Part shown: positions 42,661 through 55,735 of the stretch, piece by piece
Layout: each line of letters begins with the position of its first letter
How positions within the stretch are numbered: position 1 is the stretch's first letter
NCBI GenBank assembly: GCA_010093705.1
Contig: MU006102.1
Span: 376,123 to 440,122 of the forward strand
Origin: Patellaria atrata CBS 101060
Lineage: Eukaryota
Direction of reading: 5' to 3'
DNA: 64,000 nt
Notes under the pieces: generated by a model
Database searches by the model: none
The model's input: the letters and a program-made list of their open reading frames with translations, nothing else
What the model was told of the DNA's origin: nothing
Position numbers and translations under genes: made by a program

Positions 42661-43761
42661 TGGGGTTACTGAAGGGCTATTTTGATGCACGATTGCGACT
42701 CAAACAGATTCGATGTGAGGGTAGGACATCATTTTCTCATCTTGACCTTGCTCGTGAGCAAATTCATTAAAAAGATCTGGATTTCTAGACGATGTGTACT
42801 TTCAAGCATGTCATCGATGCGGCGACACTATGACTTGTGGCGATGAATCGGTCTTTTACCGCCCGAAAACGCCAAGTGGCAGATCATCAATAACTTAAAA
42901 TCAGACGAGATGCGACCACGCGATGAAGATCCAAGAGGTCACACTTCCAAAACCTTAATAACTCCTTCATCCTCTTGCAAAGACGAGGTCCGTAGGCAGT
43001 ATGGTATGAGGTCGCATTCATTACTTAGGTTACAATGTACACGAAATTGAGCTTCGACCTTTACTATACACCCTTGAAAGCTCGATACGATGCCGAAGTT
43101 GACAGTATACCAGCAAATATACTAAATAAAGTGTACAGGGCCGTAAGGATAGCGGATCATGATTAAGAACGAGATGCTCTCGTCTACCTTAGCGTACTCC
43201 AATTCAGATTCTCATTCTCTACTATCCCATCCATTGGAAGAACCTGAGATAAGCCGCCAACAACGGACAGTAGTAGGAAAGGTTTATTATTAGGAGTGTT
43301 GTCTCTATGAAACAATGCCAAATACCATACTCCCTTGGGAAGTGCTCTCTATCATGGCCCTTTACACCCAATATAATGAGAAATTGACAAAGAGGGGATT
43401 ATCATTATATTTGAAATGCTCCTCTCCGCTCATTCGATGACAGAATGCGGCAAGTCTCCGCGATCTGCTTAGTTTTAGCTCCACCTGACCGGCCTAATAA
43501 CTACGACATCGAAGTTTCAAACCCGCTGACATATAACACCAAAGCAGACCACGCTGCCATTCCGCTTATTACGACAGTCTGTATTGAAAAGGCACAATGG
43601 CTCAGTCTTTCACGAGAAAAATTTTCAAGTCCGTTGTCCTAATTCAGCCAAAGAATTGATTTTTTTTTTTTTAAAAAAAAAAAATAAAAACAAAAAGAAA
43701 AAGAAAAAGGAACTCTTATTGGCCCCTATTCTGAAATTGAAACCACCAGAAAGTTTGCACT

Positions 43762-45423
43762 ATGCCAGAAATCGAAGAAGAGAAGGTCTCTTCCATTGGC
43801 GATGACCAGTATGACGACGAAAGTTACCCACCGGGCGTCGCCTCAGACGAAGAAAAAGCTAAAGACCTAACGCGAGGGAGCTCTCATATTTCTATCGCCG
43901 AGACGCTTTCTCTTCCTCATGAGATCGCTTTCGTTGCTGTCGTTTGTATGGCACAAGCTATGACGCAGGCGGGATTGGCTCAATGCCTGAGTATCCTTCG
44001 CGTGGTTGGAGATTCTATGGGATTGTCAAATACTAGCGAGCTAAGCTGGCTGATAGCGTCCTACAGCTTGACTGTTGGAACTTTCATCCTATTTGCGGGA
44101 CGGCTAGGGGACCTGTTTGGGTATAAGAAGATGATCCTAATCGGATTCTCCTGGTTTTCTGTTTGGTCAATGATCGCGGGCTTGAGTGTCTACTCAAATT
44201 ATGTGCTATTCAACTTTGCTCGTAAGTCCAAAACTACCCACTCATACCGTGTTTAGCATACATGATATACTACTGGATATAGAGATGGTTTCCTTTGTAA
44301 ATGAGGTCAACTAACAAGTACAGGTGCATCTCAAGGACTGGGACCAGCCATCCTCCTCCCAAACGCTTTGGCAATCCTTGGAGCAACCTACCGTCCAGGA
44401 CCAAGAAAAGCCATGGTATTCGCTATATTCGGTGCAACTGCACCAGGTGGTGCCGTCCTGGGAGCGACTTTCGCAGCCCTACTAGCACTTGAATGGTGGC
44501 CCTGGGCATTTTTCGCCTTTGCCATCGTCCTCGCCGTACTCGTCGTCCTGAGCTACTTAATAATCCCCTCACCCCCTCCGGCACCGTTATCCAACGAACC
44601 CTTAAGTGAGAAGCTACATGACCTTGACCTTCCCGGAGCGATTACTGGGATCCTGGCTCTGGTCCTGATCAACTTCGCCTGGAACCAAGCACCCATCGTC
44701 GGTTGGTCGACACCGTACGTTTATATCATTCTCATCCTTGGCCTTCTCTTTGTTCCAGTTTTCTTCTTCATCGAGCTTCGTGTTGCTCGCAAACCACTGA
44801 TTCCACTACATGCCCTAAATACCGATGTCGCCTTCGTCTTGGGATGTGTTGCCTGTGGCTGGGGCTGTTTCGGCATCTGGGCACTCTATGTCTGGCAATT
44901 CTTCTTGGAAGCCCGCCATGCATCTCCACTTCTAGCGTCCGGGTATTTCTCCCCCGCCGCTGTCTCCGGCGCTTGTGCTGCCGTAATTACCGGGTTCTTG
45001 CTCGGCCGACTCAGACCTGCGACCGTGATGATAATGGCACTGACCGCTTTCACCGTTGGCTCGATCATCATCGCAACAGCGCCAGTTGATCAGTCCTACT
45101 GGGCCCAGTGTTTCGTCAACATGGTCATCATGCCCTTTGGAATGGACATGAGCTTTCCCGCCGCAACATTGATTCTGAGTAATGCAGTGGGCAAAGAACA
45201 TCAAGGGATCGCAGCGAGCTTGGTGAATACGGTGGTCAATTACAGTATCTCTTTGGGTCTGGGGTTTGCGGGGACTGTGGAGGTGCATGTGAATAATGGG
45301 GGCCATACGACTGAGGACTTGCTGAAGGGATATAGGGGAGCGTGGTATGTGGGTATTGGACTCGCGGGCCTGGGGATGGTGATTAGTTTGATATATAGCT
45401 TGAATACTAGGCGAAGCAAATAG
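43762..45423 (+). CDS. MFS DHA2 drug/H+ antiporter, Atr1-like (exons 43762-44221, 44324-45423)
   Basis: WLIASYSLTVGTFILFAGRLGDLFGYKK, FGATAPGG, GMDMSFPAATL, HQGIAASLVNTVVNYSISLGLG. Confidence 0.93.
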
Positions 45424-46919
45424 ATATCGCTTCCTTCGTTGTAGAACTGCTAAGCTGGGTACGGTTGCTCTTTTATTGACCTCCTGCTGCACTGTACGTA
45501 ATCAATTAAACTGTACGGAATGCCTGCAAGCTGTTCGAGTCTCGATCCTGTACATGTGGAAAAGGTATGGAAGATTTTGCTTTCATGGCCTCCTGCTCGT
45601 GCCACAAGCATGGCGATCAGTTGTAACAATACAAATAAATGACTTCTCTAAATTCGTTCCGACTACCGTCCTCCTTCGTATATCAAATAATTTTCCTATG
45701 GTATCATGCTGTAGATTGAAGGTCCCAATCCGGTAAATGGTGAAATTACCATTTTAGGTCTAGTACCATCTAGAGCTATAAACGTCTACCTCCATGAACT
45801 TTCCATTCATCAACTTCACTCTATTGTCAATACTTGCGTATCGCTATCTATGTAGGAAATGCACAAAATAGCTAGAGACCACTTATAGCTTCGTATAAGT
45901 TATATCGGGCTATATACAATCTACCTTAGGTGAACCATAACCAAATTTTGTAATCCTTAGTTTCAGGTTAGGATAGAGTCGACAAGAGTGGCTTTCAAGT
46001 TCTCAGTTTGTTCCGTTATTTTCTTCTCATTTGAATTTTTTAGTTTACTTCCCATGCGGTTATTATTTTCTTTTTATCATGGTCGGGAATATAGGACTTC
46101 GACCGCTAGGACAGCACTGATGTATAATGGGGTCTGAAGTGGATACGGTAATATCATCATTACCTTAAGGTAGAGTAACTCCGTCTCTCGAAAAGGGGAA
46201 GAACGAATTGTTCTACATCGCCGTTAACCTTCCAAAAACACTACGTCGCCCTTTTCTCGAAATGTATACTGGAATGATACTGTGGCATCTTCCAGGTCAC
46301 AGGGCACTTTTTCTTCGTTTCTGTGTACCATATCTCCTTCATTGAAACTGACAGTTCATTCCGAGTAAGACTACAATGGACTGCCGGTGTCCTCAAGCTT
46401 TTGGGTTCAACCCAACTTGCCGGTACTCGGCCAGAAAGCGGATGCCGGCCTGAGTGCTCTTGCGCTCAAACATATGCTCTTACCGTTTGTCGGTGGTAAG
46501 ATGGAAGTATTAGATCACTCTTGCAAGAAAGAACAGCACGAAGGACTTCCATTTCCCTTACATATCCTCTCATCTCTTATTTGAAACCTCAACTTCTCTT
46601 CCTCGCGCCAGTCTTTGTAACCATAGGCTGTTCGTCGCCTTCCAGACCTCGACTTTCCTCTTCGCCAGTATTGTCTGATCCGACACCGTTCATTGCTCTC
46701 AATATATGTTGATTACTGTTCACACACGAGCCATAGCTGTTTATACTCGCCTTATTACTGCTCGCACCCGCTTTATTCTGATCACTCACCGCTCATACTG
46801 CTCACACGCGAGTTGAACTGTCCATACACCGCATTAAGACAACTCTTCTTTGCACCAAGATATCAACGTTGACTATAGCTTATTTATAAGTGAGGAATTG
46901 TGGACCTTTGTCTTCCAAC

Positions 46920-48465
46920 ATGAAGACTTGCAAGGCGGCATTGACGGATGAAATGGGTGGGTGCCCCTTTTCAACTGCTTCTGCCCTCCCACTGGTACTG
47001 ACACTCAGTAGATGACGGCCCCTGGGTATGGAAGCATGCTTCATTCAATGAGATTTGTTTCGCGATATCCTTGGTGTTCGCTTCTGCAGCTATCATAACA
47101 TCGTTTGGCCTGATTTTCATGCATGGGATTCACTATTCACAGCCGCAAGAGCAAGTTCAGTACGTACTATCTAGTATTTACGATACGGTACCTCGCCCTC
47201 ACATCCTACTGCAATTGTTATCTAACGGAGATCCCAAATAGCGTTATTCGACTCGTTCTAATGATACCCTTGTATGCCTATATAGCAGCCTGCACCCACA
47301 ATAACCCCACAAAGGCAGTGTATCTTCAAATGTACCGAGACCTATGGGAGCCCTTCGCCATCGTAGGTTTCTTCAACCTCCTCCGGTTCTATATTGCACC
47401 CAATCTCCATGGTCAGAAAGAATACTTCAGGACGATGGAGACGAAAAATTGGTTGTGGCCGTTACCTTGGTTACAGAAATGTACCGGCGGGCGCCATCGT
47501 GGGCCTTTTCGAAAACCTAGAAGCGGGTTGACTTGGTTCAATGTGAGTTATCTCATGTATTGCCTACACCCTTGAAGCGGAGCATGCTGATCGCTCAACA
47601 GATCGTTTGGGCCGGAATGTACCAATACTGTTTCGTCCGCATCGTCGTGACGGTAGTGGCAGTTTGGGCCGAAAACACCCATCGCTATTGCGCTCACTCT
47701 TTCGATCCCTCTTTCATGTCCGTCTGGGCCTTATTGATTATCTTGATCTCGTCTTCCGTCGCTCTTTATTGCTTGGTGCAGTTCTACTGGCAACTAAAAG
47801 AAATAGTGGCACCGCGAAAACCGGCCCTTAAAATCTCCTGTGTGAAGCTGGTCATCTTTTTCATGTTTTGGCAGTCTGTAAGTTACTCATCATGTCCGAA
47901 CACCCTTACCCTATCCTTCGTCCTGGTTCTCCTTACTCTCTGTACACTTGTGACAAGCTGTTGCCTTACTTGCGTTACGTGTACTATTCCACCCGCAAGA
48001 TTCTATACGGAAACAAGTCTTACAGTATGGCTTTGTGTACTCCGAGCCTACCGTAGACGAGAAGCACAAGCCAAAAGGATAAAAAAAAAAAAAAAAAAGA
48101 GCACGCTAACCACCCTGCCCACCTTGCAGGTCGTGAACGAAATCCTCGTCGCCACAAACCTCTGGAAACCTAGCAAGGTAGTCCGCATGGTCGACATCAA
48201 AGTCGGGATCCAAAACATGCTCCTCTGCATCGAAATGTTTGTCTTCGCCGTCCTGCACCACTGGGCCTTTCCCTGGCGGGAATACAGTCTCTCCCGCCAG
48301 CTCTACGATACCGGAGCCGAGTACGAGGGGGGTTTCTTGGGCTGGGCCGCGTACTGGGATGCGTTGAGTCCGGTGGATCTGGTGAGGGCGTTTGGGCGCG
48401 GGATGCGCTGGCTGTTTTGGGGTGTGTGGAATAGATTTGGGGATAGTAGTTATTATGGGCAGTAG
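46920..48465 (+). CDS. TMEM184/OST-alpha (DUF300) family membrane protein, 5 exons
   Basis: HGIHYSQPQEQ, IRLVLMIPLYA, PRSGLTWFN, YQYCFVR, ALYCLVQFY, KLVIFFMFWQ, LLCIEMFVFAVLHHWAFPWREY. Confidence 0.9.
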
Positions 48466-48775
48466 GATCTTGGTGTTGGTGGTGTACTGGATGTGAGGGG
48501 ATAGGCTGGCTGGATGGGACTTGGATTGTGGCCTGTACATCGATATCCGCAACAGAGCACCATCGCACATTTCTCACCTGAATTTCCTAGCGTACAAATC
48601 GACCCTTTTTTCCTTTTGAAGGTCTCTGAGGTCGCAGAGAGCTACTGTACTGTACAAATGCGAACCATATCCGTGCGGGGATATCCATCTTCCACCCTCC
48701 CTACATTCAATAACACTCAAACCACCACCACTCCATTCTCTATCATCTCACTTACCCCGTCCCTCCATATACCAT

Positions 48776-50731
48776 CTACCGTCCCCTCCAACCTCCCCTG
48801 CCTCTTCCCCTTCCTCCCCCCTCCCCGGGATTCCTATGAGCCCCTCCATCCACGATTCGCTCCTCCTGAAACGAATACCGCCGCAACTCCTCCTCTGTAA
48901 CCCTCCCGGCCACCCAGTCGCGACTACTCTCGGTCTTGAAAGCGGCGAGACGTTTTTCCGCGACCTCTTTGCCGATCGGGAGGTAATACAGTTTCGGTTT
49001 CGCGGTCGTGGAGGGGAATAAAGCGTCCAACGCGCGAAAAGGGCGGGAAGGCGGCTCCTTCGCTTCCAGCCCCGGTTCAAGTTCTTTACTTTCACCCTCT
49101 GCTTCAAGCCCCGGTTTCATCGCATGGTTCGGGCCGGGAATCCGCGGAGAGCCAAGCCCGTATTTCGAGTCCGCTGCTTCGTCGGAGGGCTTGAAAGGGG
49201 GTTTACCCCCACCGACTTCTTTGAACACGGCTTCGACGCTGCCGGAGGCCAGAGGCGTGTAGATGACTTCCCACCACTTGCCCTGTCTGCTCCCGGTGCC
49301 GAGCGCGTCTTCTTCAATCTGGATCCACTTTGCGACGAGCTCGGCGGGGACGAAGTCGGACCAGAGGGGTTTTCGGTCGCGCTCGGGGGGCCAGATTGTG
49401 TCGTGGAGGGCGGCGCGGACGCGGGCGGCGGCGGCGAGGGTTGTGAAGGCTGCAAAGGCGTGCGTGCGCAGGGGGTCGAGGTGAAAGGTGTGAAGAAGGG
49501 AGGGGTCCGGGGTGTTGGTTCCCGGGGGTGTGGCGAGAGTTATGAGGTGGGATTTTAGGGTGTGCGCTTGGAGGGGTCGCTTGAAGTTGCGGATGTAAAG
49601 GGATGTTGTTGCGGGATGGAGGGAGGGGGTTACGGTCCGGTCGGTGGGTTGGGAAGGAGGGATTGTGGGGGGAGCGAGGAGGGGTGCGAGACCGTGGTTG
49701 GTGGAGGGGCGTCGCGGTTGAGTAGGTTTTGTGGTGTCTGAAGGGGTAGAGGCGTCTGGTTTTGAGGATGAGGGTGAGGGAACTGATTTGTTGTCTGTCT
49801 TGGGGACGTCCTGTTTACCATCTCCTGGCGGGACGTCATCTTTGGAAACCGTTGTTGGGACGTCGTCAATGTTTTCAGTTATAGGAATGTCCTTCTTTTC
49901 ATCCGGCTGAGGGATATCGTCTTTCCTGCTCACAATGGGTGTCCGGTCCTTCCCTTCAACAACTGGGGTATCATCTTCCGCTTCAGATTTTGAAGTGTCA
50001 TTCGTGGTATCGGTCATGGGTATATCTGCTTGTTCCTCGGATGATACAGCAGTCTCCATACGATCCTCTTTTAGGTGTACCACACCACCGTGCTCCTCCT
50101 CTTGTCTAAGCTTCTTCTTCACAACTTCCTCTTCAATTACTGGAGACGGGCTCCGCCTCTTTCTCTTCCGCCTATCCTCTACAAGCTCATCGGTGTTAAG
50201 CCTAGATTGTGATTTAGAATGTGCCACGCTTTGCGACTCCGATAATTCTCTTGCAGGCTCTGCGATAGGTACCGGTTCCTCATGAGATGGTACGGGTGTC
50301 TGTGATGTGAGCGGCTCTAACGGAGCAAGTTGTTCGGTTTTCTTGACATCCTGTGCTGGAGTCAATTTATCTGACTCGACTAGCGCACCCCATGCGTCTT
50401 TCGCTTCATCTTGACCTCCATCTTCTTGACTGACAGGTGGATCCTTCTGCTCTTCCTCTTTGTCTAGATTATCTCGAGTTGAGATTTCATCCGAGGCTGC
50501 GACTTGTTCCACCTCTGAATCCTGACTAGCATCCGCCTGATCGCTTTTATCTTCTGCAGGCAACTCTGCTGCTGTGAGCTTTTCCTCGACCTCTTTCGCG
50601 CTCTGCTGATGGTCCACTTCTTCAAGCTTGTCAATGATCTGTTGCTTTCGCGTCAAACCGGTAGAAGGAATGCTGCGGTCTTTCAGAAGCTGTCGCAGTT
50701 GCGCAACGGTAGATTTGCTGTAGTCTGTCAT
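48776..50731 (-). CDS. Acinus-like protein (SAP domain + RRM-like + RSB motif)
   Basis: N-terminal SAP YSKSTVAQLRQLLKDRSIPSTGLTRKQQIIDKL; RRM-like SLYIRNFKRPL...RTHAF...WPPERDRKPL; RSB-like LDALFPSTTAKPKLYYLP; RGG tail. Confidence 0.9.
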   Translation of the reverse strand: MTDYSKSTVAQLRQLLKDRSIPSTGLTRKQQIIDKLEEVDHQQSAKEVEEKLTAAELPAEDKSDQADASQDSEVEQVAASDEISTRDNLDKEEEQKDPPVSQEDGGQDEAKDAWGALVESDKLTPAQDVKKTEQLAPLEPLTSQTPVPSHEEPVPIAEPARELSESQSVAHSKSQSRLNTDELVEDRRKRKRRSPSPVIEEEVVKKKLRQEEEHGGVVHLKEDRMETAVSSEEQADIPMTDTTNDTSKSEAEDDTPVVEGKDRTPIVSRKDDIPQPDEKKDIPITENIDDVPTTVSKDDVPPGDGKQDVPKTDNKSVPSPSSSKPDASTPSDTTKPTQPRRPSTNHGLAPLLAPPTIPPSQPTDRTVTPSLHPATTSLYIRNFKRPLQAHTLKSHLITLATPPGTNTPDPSLLHTFHLDPLRTHAFAAFTTLAAAARVRAALHDTIWPPERDRKPLWSDFVPAELVAKWIQIEEDALGTGSRQGKWWEVIYTPLASGSVEAVFKEVGGGKPPFKPSDEAADSKYGLGSPRIPGPNHAMKPGLEAEGESKELEPGLEAKEPPSRPFRALDALFPSTTAKPKLYYLPIGKEVAEKRLAAFKTESSRDWVAGRVTEEELRRYSFQEERIVDGGAHRNPGEGGGRGRGRGGWRGR

Positions 50732-51657
50732 GTTGCGCGTCTTATATTAGGTTATAGTTGGTAAGATAGCATGAAGATATATCGAATTGACTGCGTGAAG
50801 AGTTCAATAGGATGTTGGTTTGACATCTGAACAAAGCTCCAAAAAGTCGCGGTGGTTTAAGACGAATGCGGTTAGGTCCACAAACGTTGCCAAGCGCATG
50901 CTGACATAAGACATCGTAACGTTCATCTTCCTCTTTCTCGGCAGTCGGTAGCAGACAACAAACATACGGAGCAATCACTTCTCAACCATGTTCATTTCCA
51001 CGATAATAGTTCGTTCACGATATCTGCTTTTGAAACCCTCGAGTGCTACAAAAGCCTTCGAGGACTCATATCTAAAAATAAGATGCTTACTGATGAATCT
51101 GAACAAGAGGTTAGCGCGACGCGATCCTCCTAACCGTCCAGCGTAGCTATTTGCTGTCTGCCTGATCTGGCCAGTAACAACGGCGTGGAGCCGCATCTGG
51201 AACAGCATCCACGCTTGCAGCCTTGATCAAATTGGTGAAAAAGCTTCGTAACCGAAGTCACCATATCTACTAGTCCTGGTATATGTGTAGAGTCCTAGTT
51301 ATTAGTCTTTGTTTTCTTCTGAATATCTTCAATCCATGTCGTATTTGTGTTCATTTCGATTTGTTGCGATAGTATTACATTAAGGCCACTGGCGGATTCT
51401 ATCCCATGCTTATTAACCCTGTTCAAGGCCGCTAGTAAGATGAGAGAATTGTTAGAGCTGTATGATAAAAAGCCGCTGAGATCCATCATGATGAAGATGT
51501 CTTTTAGTGGCATACTTCTCATGTAGCGTCATGCTCTAGAAAATTTGAATCGTTTTAATATAAAGTCTCAGACTCATTTTGATACCGTGTCTACTGTGTC
51601 TCCCTTAAACAGAAAAATATATCTCATTCTCCCTTTTCATATCTAGAGAGCAACAAA

Positions 51658-53524
51658 ATGGCCAATGCAGAAACAAACATGGAGAAGCAACCCACCGGGA
51701 CTGTCGAACCATTAACAGCAAAGTCTGAGATAGGAGATGATACAGTTAGCCAGGTTGTTAACTCGCAGACTGATGACCAGGCCCTTCAATCTCCACGTCA
51801 GCTCCATGGCCTTTTATGGGCTGTCGTTGTATCCTCTGTTCTCTCTGCAATTTTTCTATTCGCCTTGGACAATACGGTTGTTGCATTGATTCAACCGCAA
51901 ATTGTTGATACTCTGGGTCATATTGAGAAGCTCCCATGGCTTTCGGTATCATTTGCTCTGACGTCTGTTACTACGAATCTTATCTGGTAAGTCCTTAAAT
52001 GCTACACACTCATTGTGATTCTGACGGAGATGATGTATTAAGGGCTAAACTTTCGGACAATTCAATTCCAAGAAGCTGTTCCTGACAGCCGTCTTCCTCT
52101 TTGAAGTCGGCTCAGCTCTATGCGGTGCCACGCCTAATATGAATGCTTTTATTATTGGCCGTGCGATCTGCGGTATCGGTGGCTGTGGGATATACATGGG
52201 AGCTATCAATATCATGTCAGTCACCACTACAGAAGCTGAGCGTCCGTTGTATATCAGCTTGCCCGGAGTGACGTGGGGCTTGGGAACTGTGTAAGCCTAC
52301 TGACTTAGATCATGCCCCTTTCCAATCATCTGATGATCTCCAGGCTCGGGCCGATAGTTGGAGGCGCATTTGCCGATAGTTGGAGGCGCATTTGCCGATA
52401 GCAGTGCGACATGGAGATGGGGATTCTATATCAATCTCTGTGTCGGAGCTGTCGCTGCTCCCATCTACTTCCTGCTTCTACCATCACACAATCCCCGCCC
52501 GGATATTCCAACTATGCAGAAGATCCGAGAACTTGATTTTGTTGGTATGGTCCTAGAGACTGGTGGTCTTCTCTCTGGGGTCATGGCCATCAGCTTCGGC
52601 GGCGCTATGTACACGTGGTCTAGCGGTACGATCATAGGGCTTTTTGTCTGTTCAGGTGTTCTAGGCATCTTGTTCTGCTTACAACAGAAGTTCCGTCTCT
52701 TTACCGACCCGGAGAATCAACTTTTTCCTGTGGATCTGCTCAAATCGTGGGAACTCGATATCCTATTCTGTCAGAGTGCCATCGCGATAAGCTGTGTCTT
52801 CATTCCGATATATTTTACACCAGTAAGGCGATACCACTTGCTTAGATCAAGGTGATACTGATAATGGTAGCTTTACTTCCAATTCGTCCGACAGGACAAA
52901 GCACTGAAAGCTGGAGTCCGTCTCTTGCCCTTTGTGTTTCTCCTTGTCGCAGCGAATGTCTTCAATGGAGTGCTCATGGGTAAACTTGGGTACTATATGC
53001 CATGGTTTTTCGGAGGCTCGATCTTCGTAATCATCGGCGGTGCTCTTCTCCATACTATCGGGATCAATACTAGCAACAGTCAGCTGTACGGTTATACCAT
53101 CATCGTTGCCATCGGTGCTGGCTGTTTTGTGCAAGCTCCATTCTCTGTTACTCAAGCAAAGGTTGGAGCAGCACGTGTTGCTGAAGCTACTGCGTTTATT
53201 GGGTTCGCCCAAATTCTCGGTATTACGCTATCGCTCTCGATATCAAATAGTGTCTTCATCAACCGTGCCATGACCTTGATCGGAAGGATATTCCCGGATG
53301 CTCCTAAAGATATAGTTCAAGCAGCCATTGCTGGCGTCACTGGCGATCTGTTTACCGTGATTACTGATGCTCAACGAATGGAGGTTCTGGAAGCGATTGT
53401 TACGGCGATCAAGGACGCGTGTATTTTGGTTCTCGCTGCAGGAGCCCTGTCTCTGGTTCTGGCTTGCTTCATGAAGAGGGAGCGTCTATTCTTAGAGAAT
53501 ATAAAGGACAACGTCAGTGAATGA
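51658..53524 (+). pseudogene. DHA2 (TOXA/AflT-like) MFS efflux pump disrupted by two frameshifts
   Basis: Motifs FLFALDNTVVA, FEVGSALCGATPNMNAFIIGRAICG, WRWGFYINL, YYMPW. One base is missing at 52051-52053 (expected AAA CTT TTC GGA), giving TGA at 52083-52085. A 22-bp tandem duplication lies at 52350-52393. Confidence 0.85.
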
Positions 53525-54065
53525 GGAAAGAAAGTACGATACAGCTGCGGCCAAAATTGGAATTTCTCACTTATTTTCTTTCGTATCAAACGGCTACTAA
53601 GGTATCATGTCAAGAGTCGGAAGAGGTGATTGAAAAGACATGTCGTTGTCCTAGTTCACCGTCAAGGACCTCATATATCAGTTCTCTAACGTCTTTTACC
53701 TTTTCGAATGACATCTCCTCTTTCAGTCAGTCTTAAGAATAGAGTCTATTTATGTGTTTGCATTATCGGCAATCTTGACGCTCCTGCAATTGATTAGGGT
53801 GCCTTACCTTCACGTGTACTCCCCCCTGCCAAGCTCTATCAATGGTGAAGGTGAAGCTGGACTGTACGTCAACAATAAACAATTCCGCACGATGCAGACC
53901 CTTGGAAAAATTGGCACAGAATCACCTTCTCTTGATTCCTCCAGTTATCACTTGAGAACAACACTCACAATTGGACAATTCTACCTACATATCATCAGCG
54001 TCCACAGTCATCAGACCTCTTTCTCTCCTTTCAAATTATCACCGTACAGAATAACACAAGCGAGA

Positions 54066-55328
54066 ATGATTAAGCTTGTGGATATTTCCCAGAAATGGGT
54101 GTTGATCGTGTGTGGAGTTTTTTTCTTGCTGTCTGCTGTCTGTTTCGCCCTCCGTCTGTACGCGACGCGGAGGAAGTTCTCAAGGATCTTTGCGGACGAC
54201 TGGATGATGCTGGTTTCTTTGGTGAGCAGTACAATCTCCGTCGATTCCTTAATAGAAACTGACTGTTTTCAGGTGGGTCTTCTTTTGTTGACGGTTGGTA
54301 CCTATACGGGTAAGTCTATATACCGTATCCAATTACGTCTTCTAGTGTTAATGAACTGTTATACAGCTGTCTTGATAGGCGGTATGGGCCTAAATAAAGG
54401 CTACGTCATGAATTGCTACGGAAAAGGTCCAGTCGAGTTTCTTCTGCTAGTAAATACCCCCTCGCTTACAACAATTCATTCCAATGAGCAGATACTAACC
54501 ATACCCCTGTACAGAACAAGTTCATCACCACCTCCATATGGACAATCTCGGCCTCAGCATGCCACATCTCCATCCTGCTGTTCTACCGCCGCGCATTCCC
54601 TGTACAGAGGATGCGCCTCCTAACCAAGTACGGCAGCGTACTCGTCCTCCTCTTCACCATCGCCTCCCTCTTCAAGGACTTCCTCATTTGTATCCCCATA
54701 CAGGAAGCCTGGTCCCTCGACCCCCAACCCGGTTCCTGCGGCAACATGTCGCTAGGCTACGGCCTCTCCCTCCTCCTCAACCTCACCCTCCAAACCGCCA
54801 TCCTCCTCCTCCCGCAACCCACCATCTGGACCCTCCAGATGGCACCGCAGCCTAAGATCGGGCTCAGCATCCTCTTTCTCGTCGGCCTCTGGTACGTCTC
54901 CCCCCCATCCTAATCCTCGTACTGTACTGTACAAACAATCTAACATCCACAGTGGCGTCGCAATGGGCTCAGTACGCGCATTCTGGCTCCTCCGCGGCGA
55001 CACCCAGAACCAGAACACCACTCGGGTCCTCGCTCTCAGCCACGCGTGGACGACCATCGAGCCCGCGCTCAACATCTCCCTCGCCTGCGTCCCGGCCATC
55101 CGGACCCTCTTCGCTGCGGCCCCCGGTGCGCCGAGCGGGAACCGCCTCCCGGTCTACCGTGAGCCGGTTCCCCTCGCCGCTTCCGAGGAGATACTCTTGG
55201 AGACGTTGGCGCCGAGGGAGGAGAACGAGTCCGTACAGAGCTTTGCAGAGTTTCTCGGCGAGGCGGATGGGGCCTTAACTCCTTCCGTGGCGACGGTCGA
55301 GTCGGGTGATATGGTACGGGGCGTATAG
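54066..55328 (+). CDS. Pth11-like (SAT4/rhodopsin-like) integral membrane protein, 5 exons, no CFEM domain
   Basis: ALRLYATRR...ADDW, HISILLFYRRAF, LICIPIQEAW...GSC, ILLLPQPTIWTLQM...KIGL, WTTIEPALNISLACVPAIR. Confidence 0.85.
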
Positions 55329-55735
55329 ACCCGCTGGGTGTGTTCTTTGGGGAGCGTGTGGTGGGACACCGTGGATGGAGTTGGCTTTGGACGATCTTTT
55401 CGTCGATTTGTACGATATGATGGTGGATGATGACTTGGGACGATGATATGAGTTTACGATCACACGAAAACGGACACGTAGATAGAGACATGATAACCCT
55501 TTTTGCTCGGATCACGAGCGCATTTATACACGATGAACCTCCTGATATGTGAAAATCCCTATAGCCATACCAGCTTAAGGGGTTATTTATTCGTTAAAGA
55601 CGAACCGGCGCGACTGTGCAACGGACGACCGAGCCCAGCAAAGTGCTTATAGTACATTGATGATATCCCTACAAATCAAGAGCAGACGCTAACCCCAGAA
55701 TGATATCCGGGTTCATGGGTCTGTTAAGACAGATA

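Noticed and set aside
53754..54065. N-terminal extension of the 289-aa ORF
   Set aside because: Non-ATG start. The Pth11-like homology begins at ATG 54066, and the ORF reads through introns.
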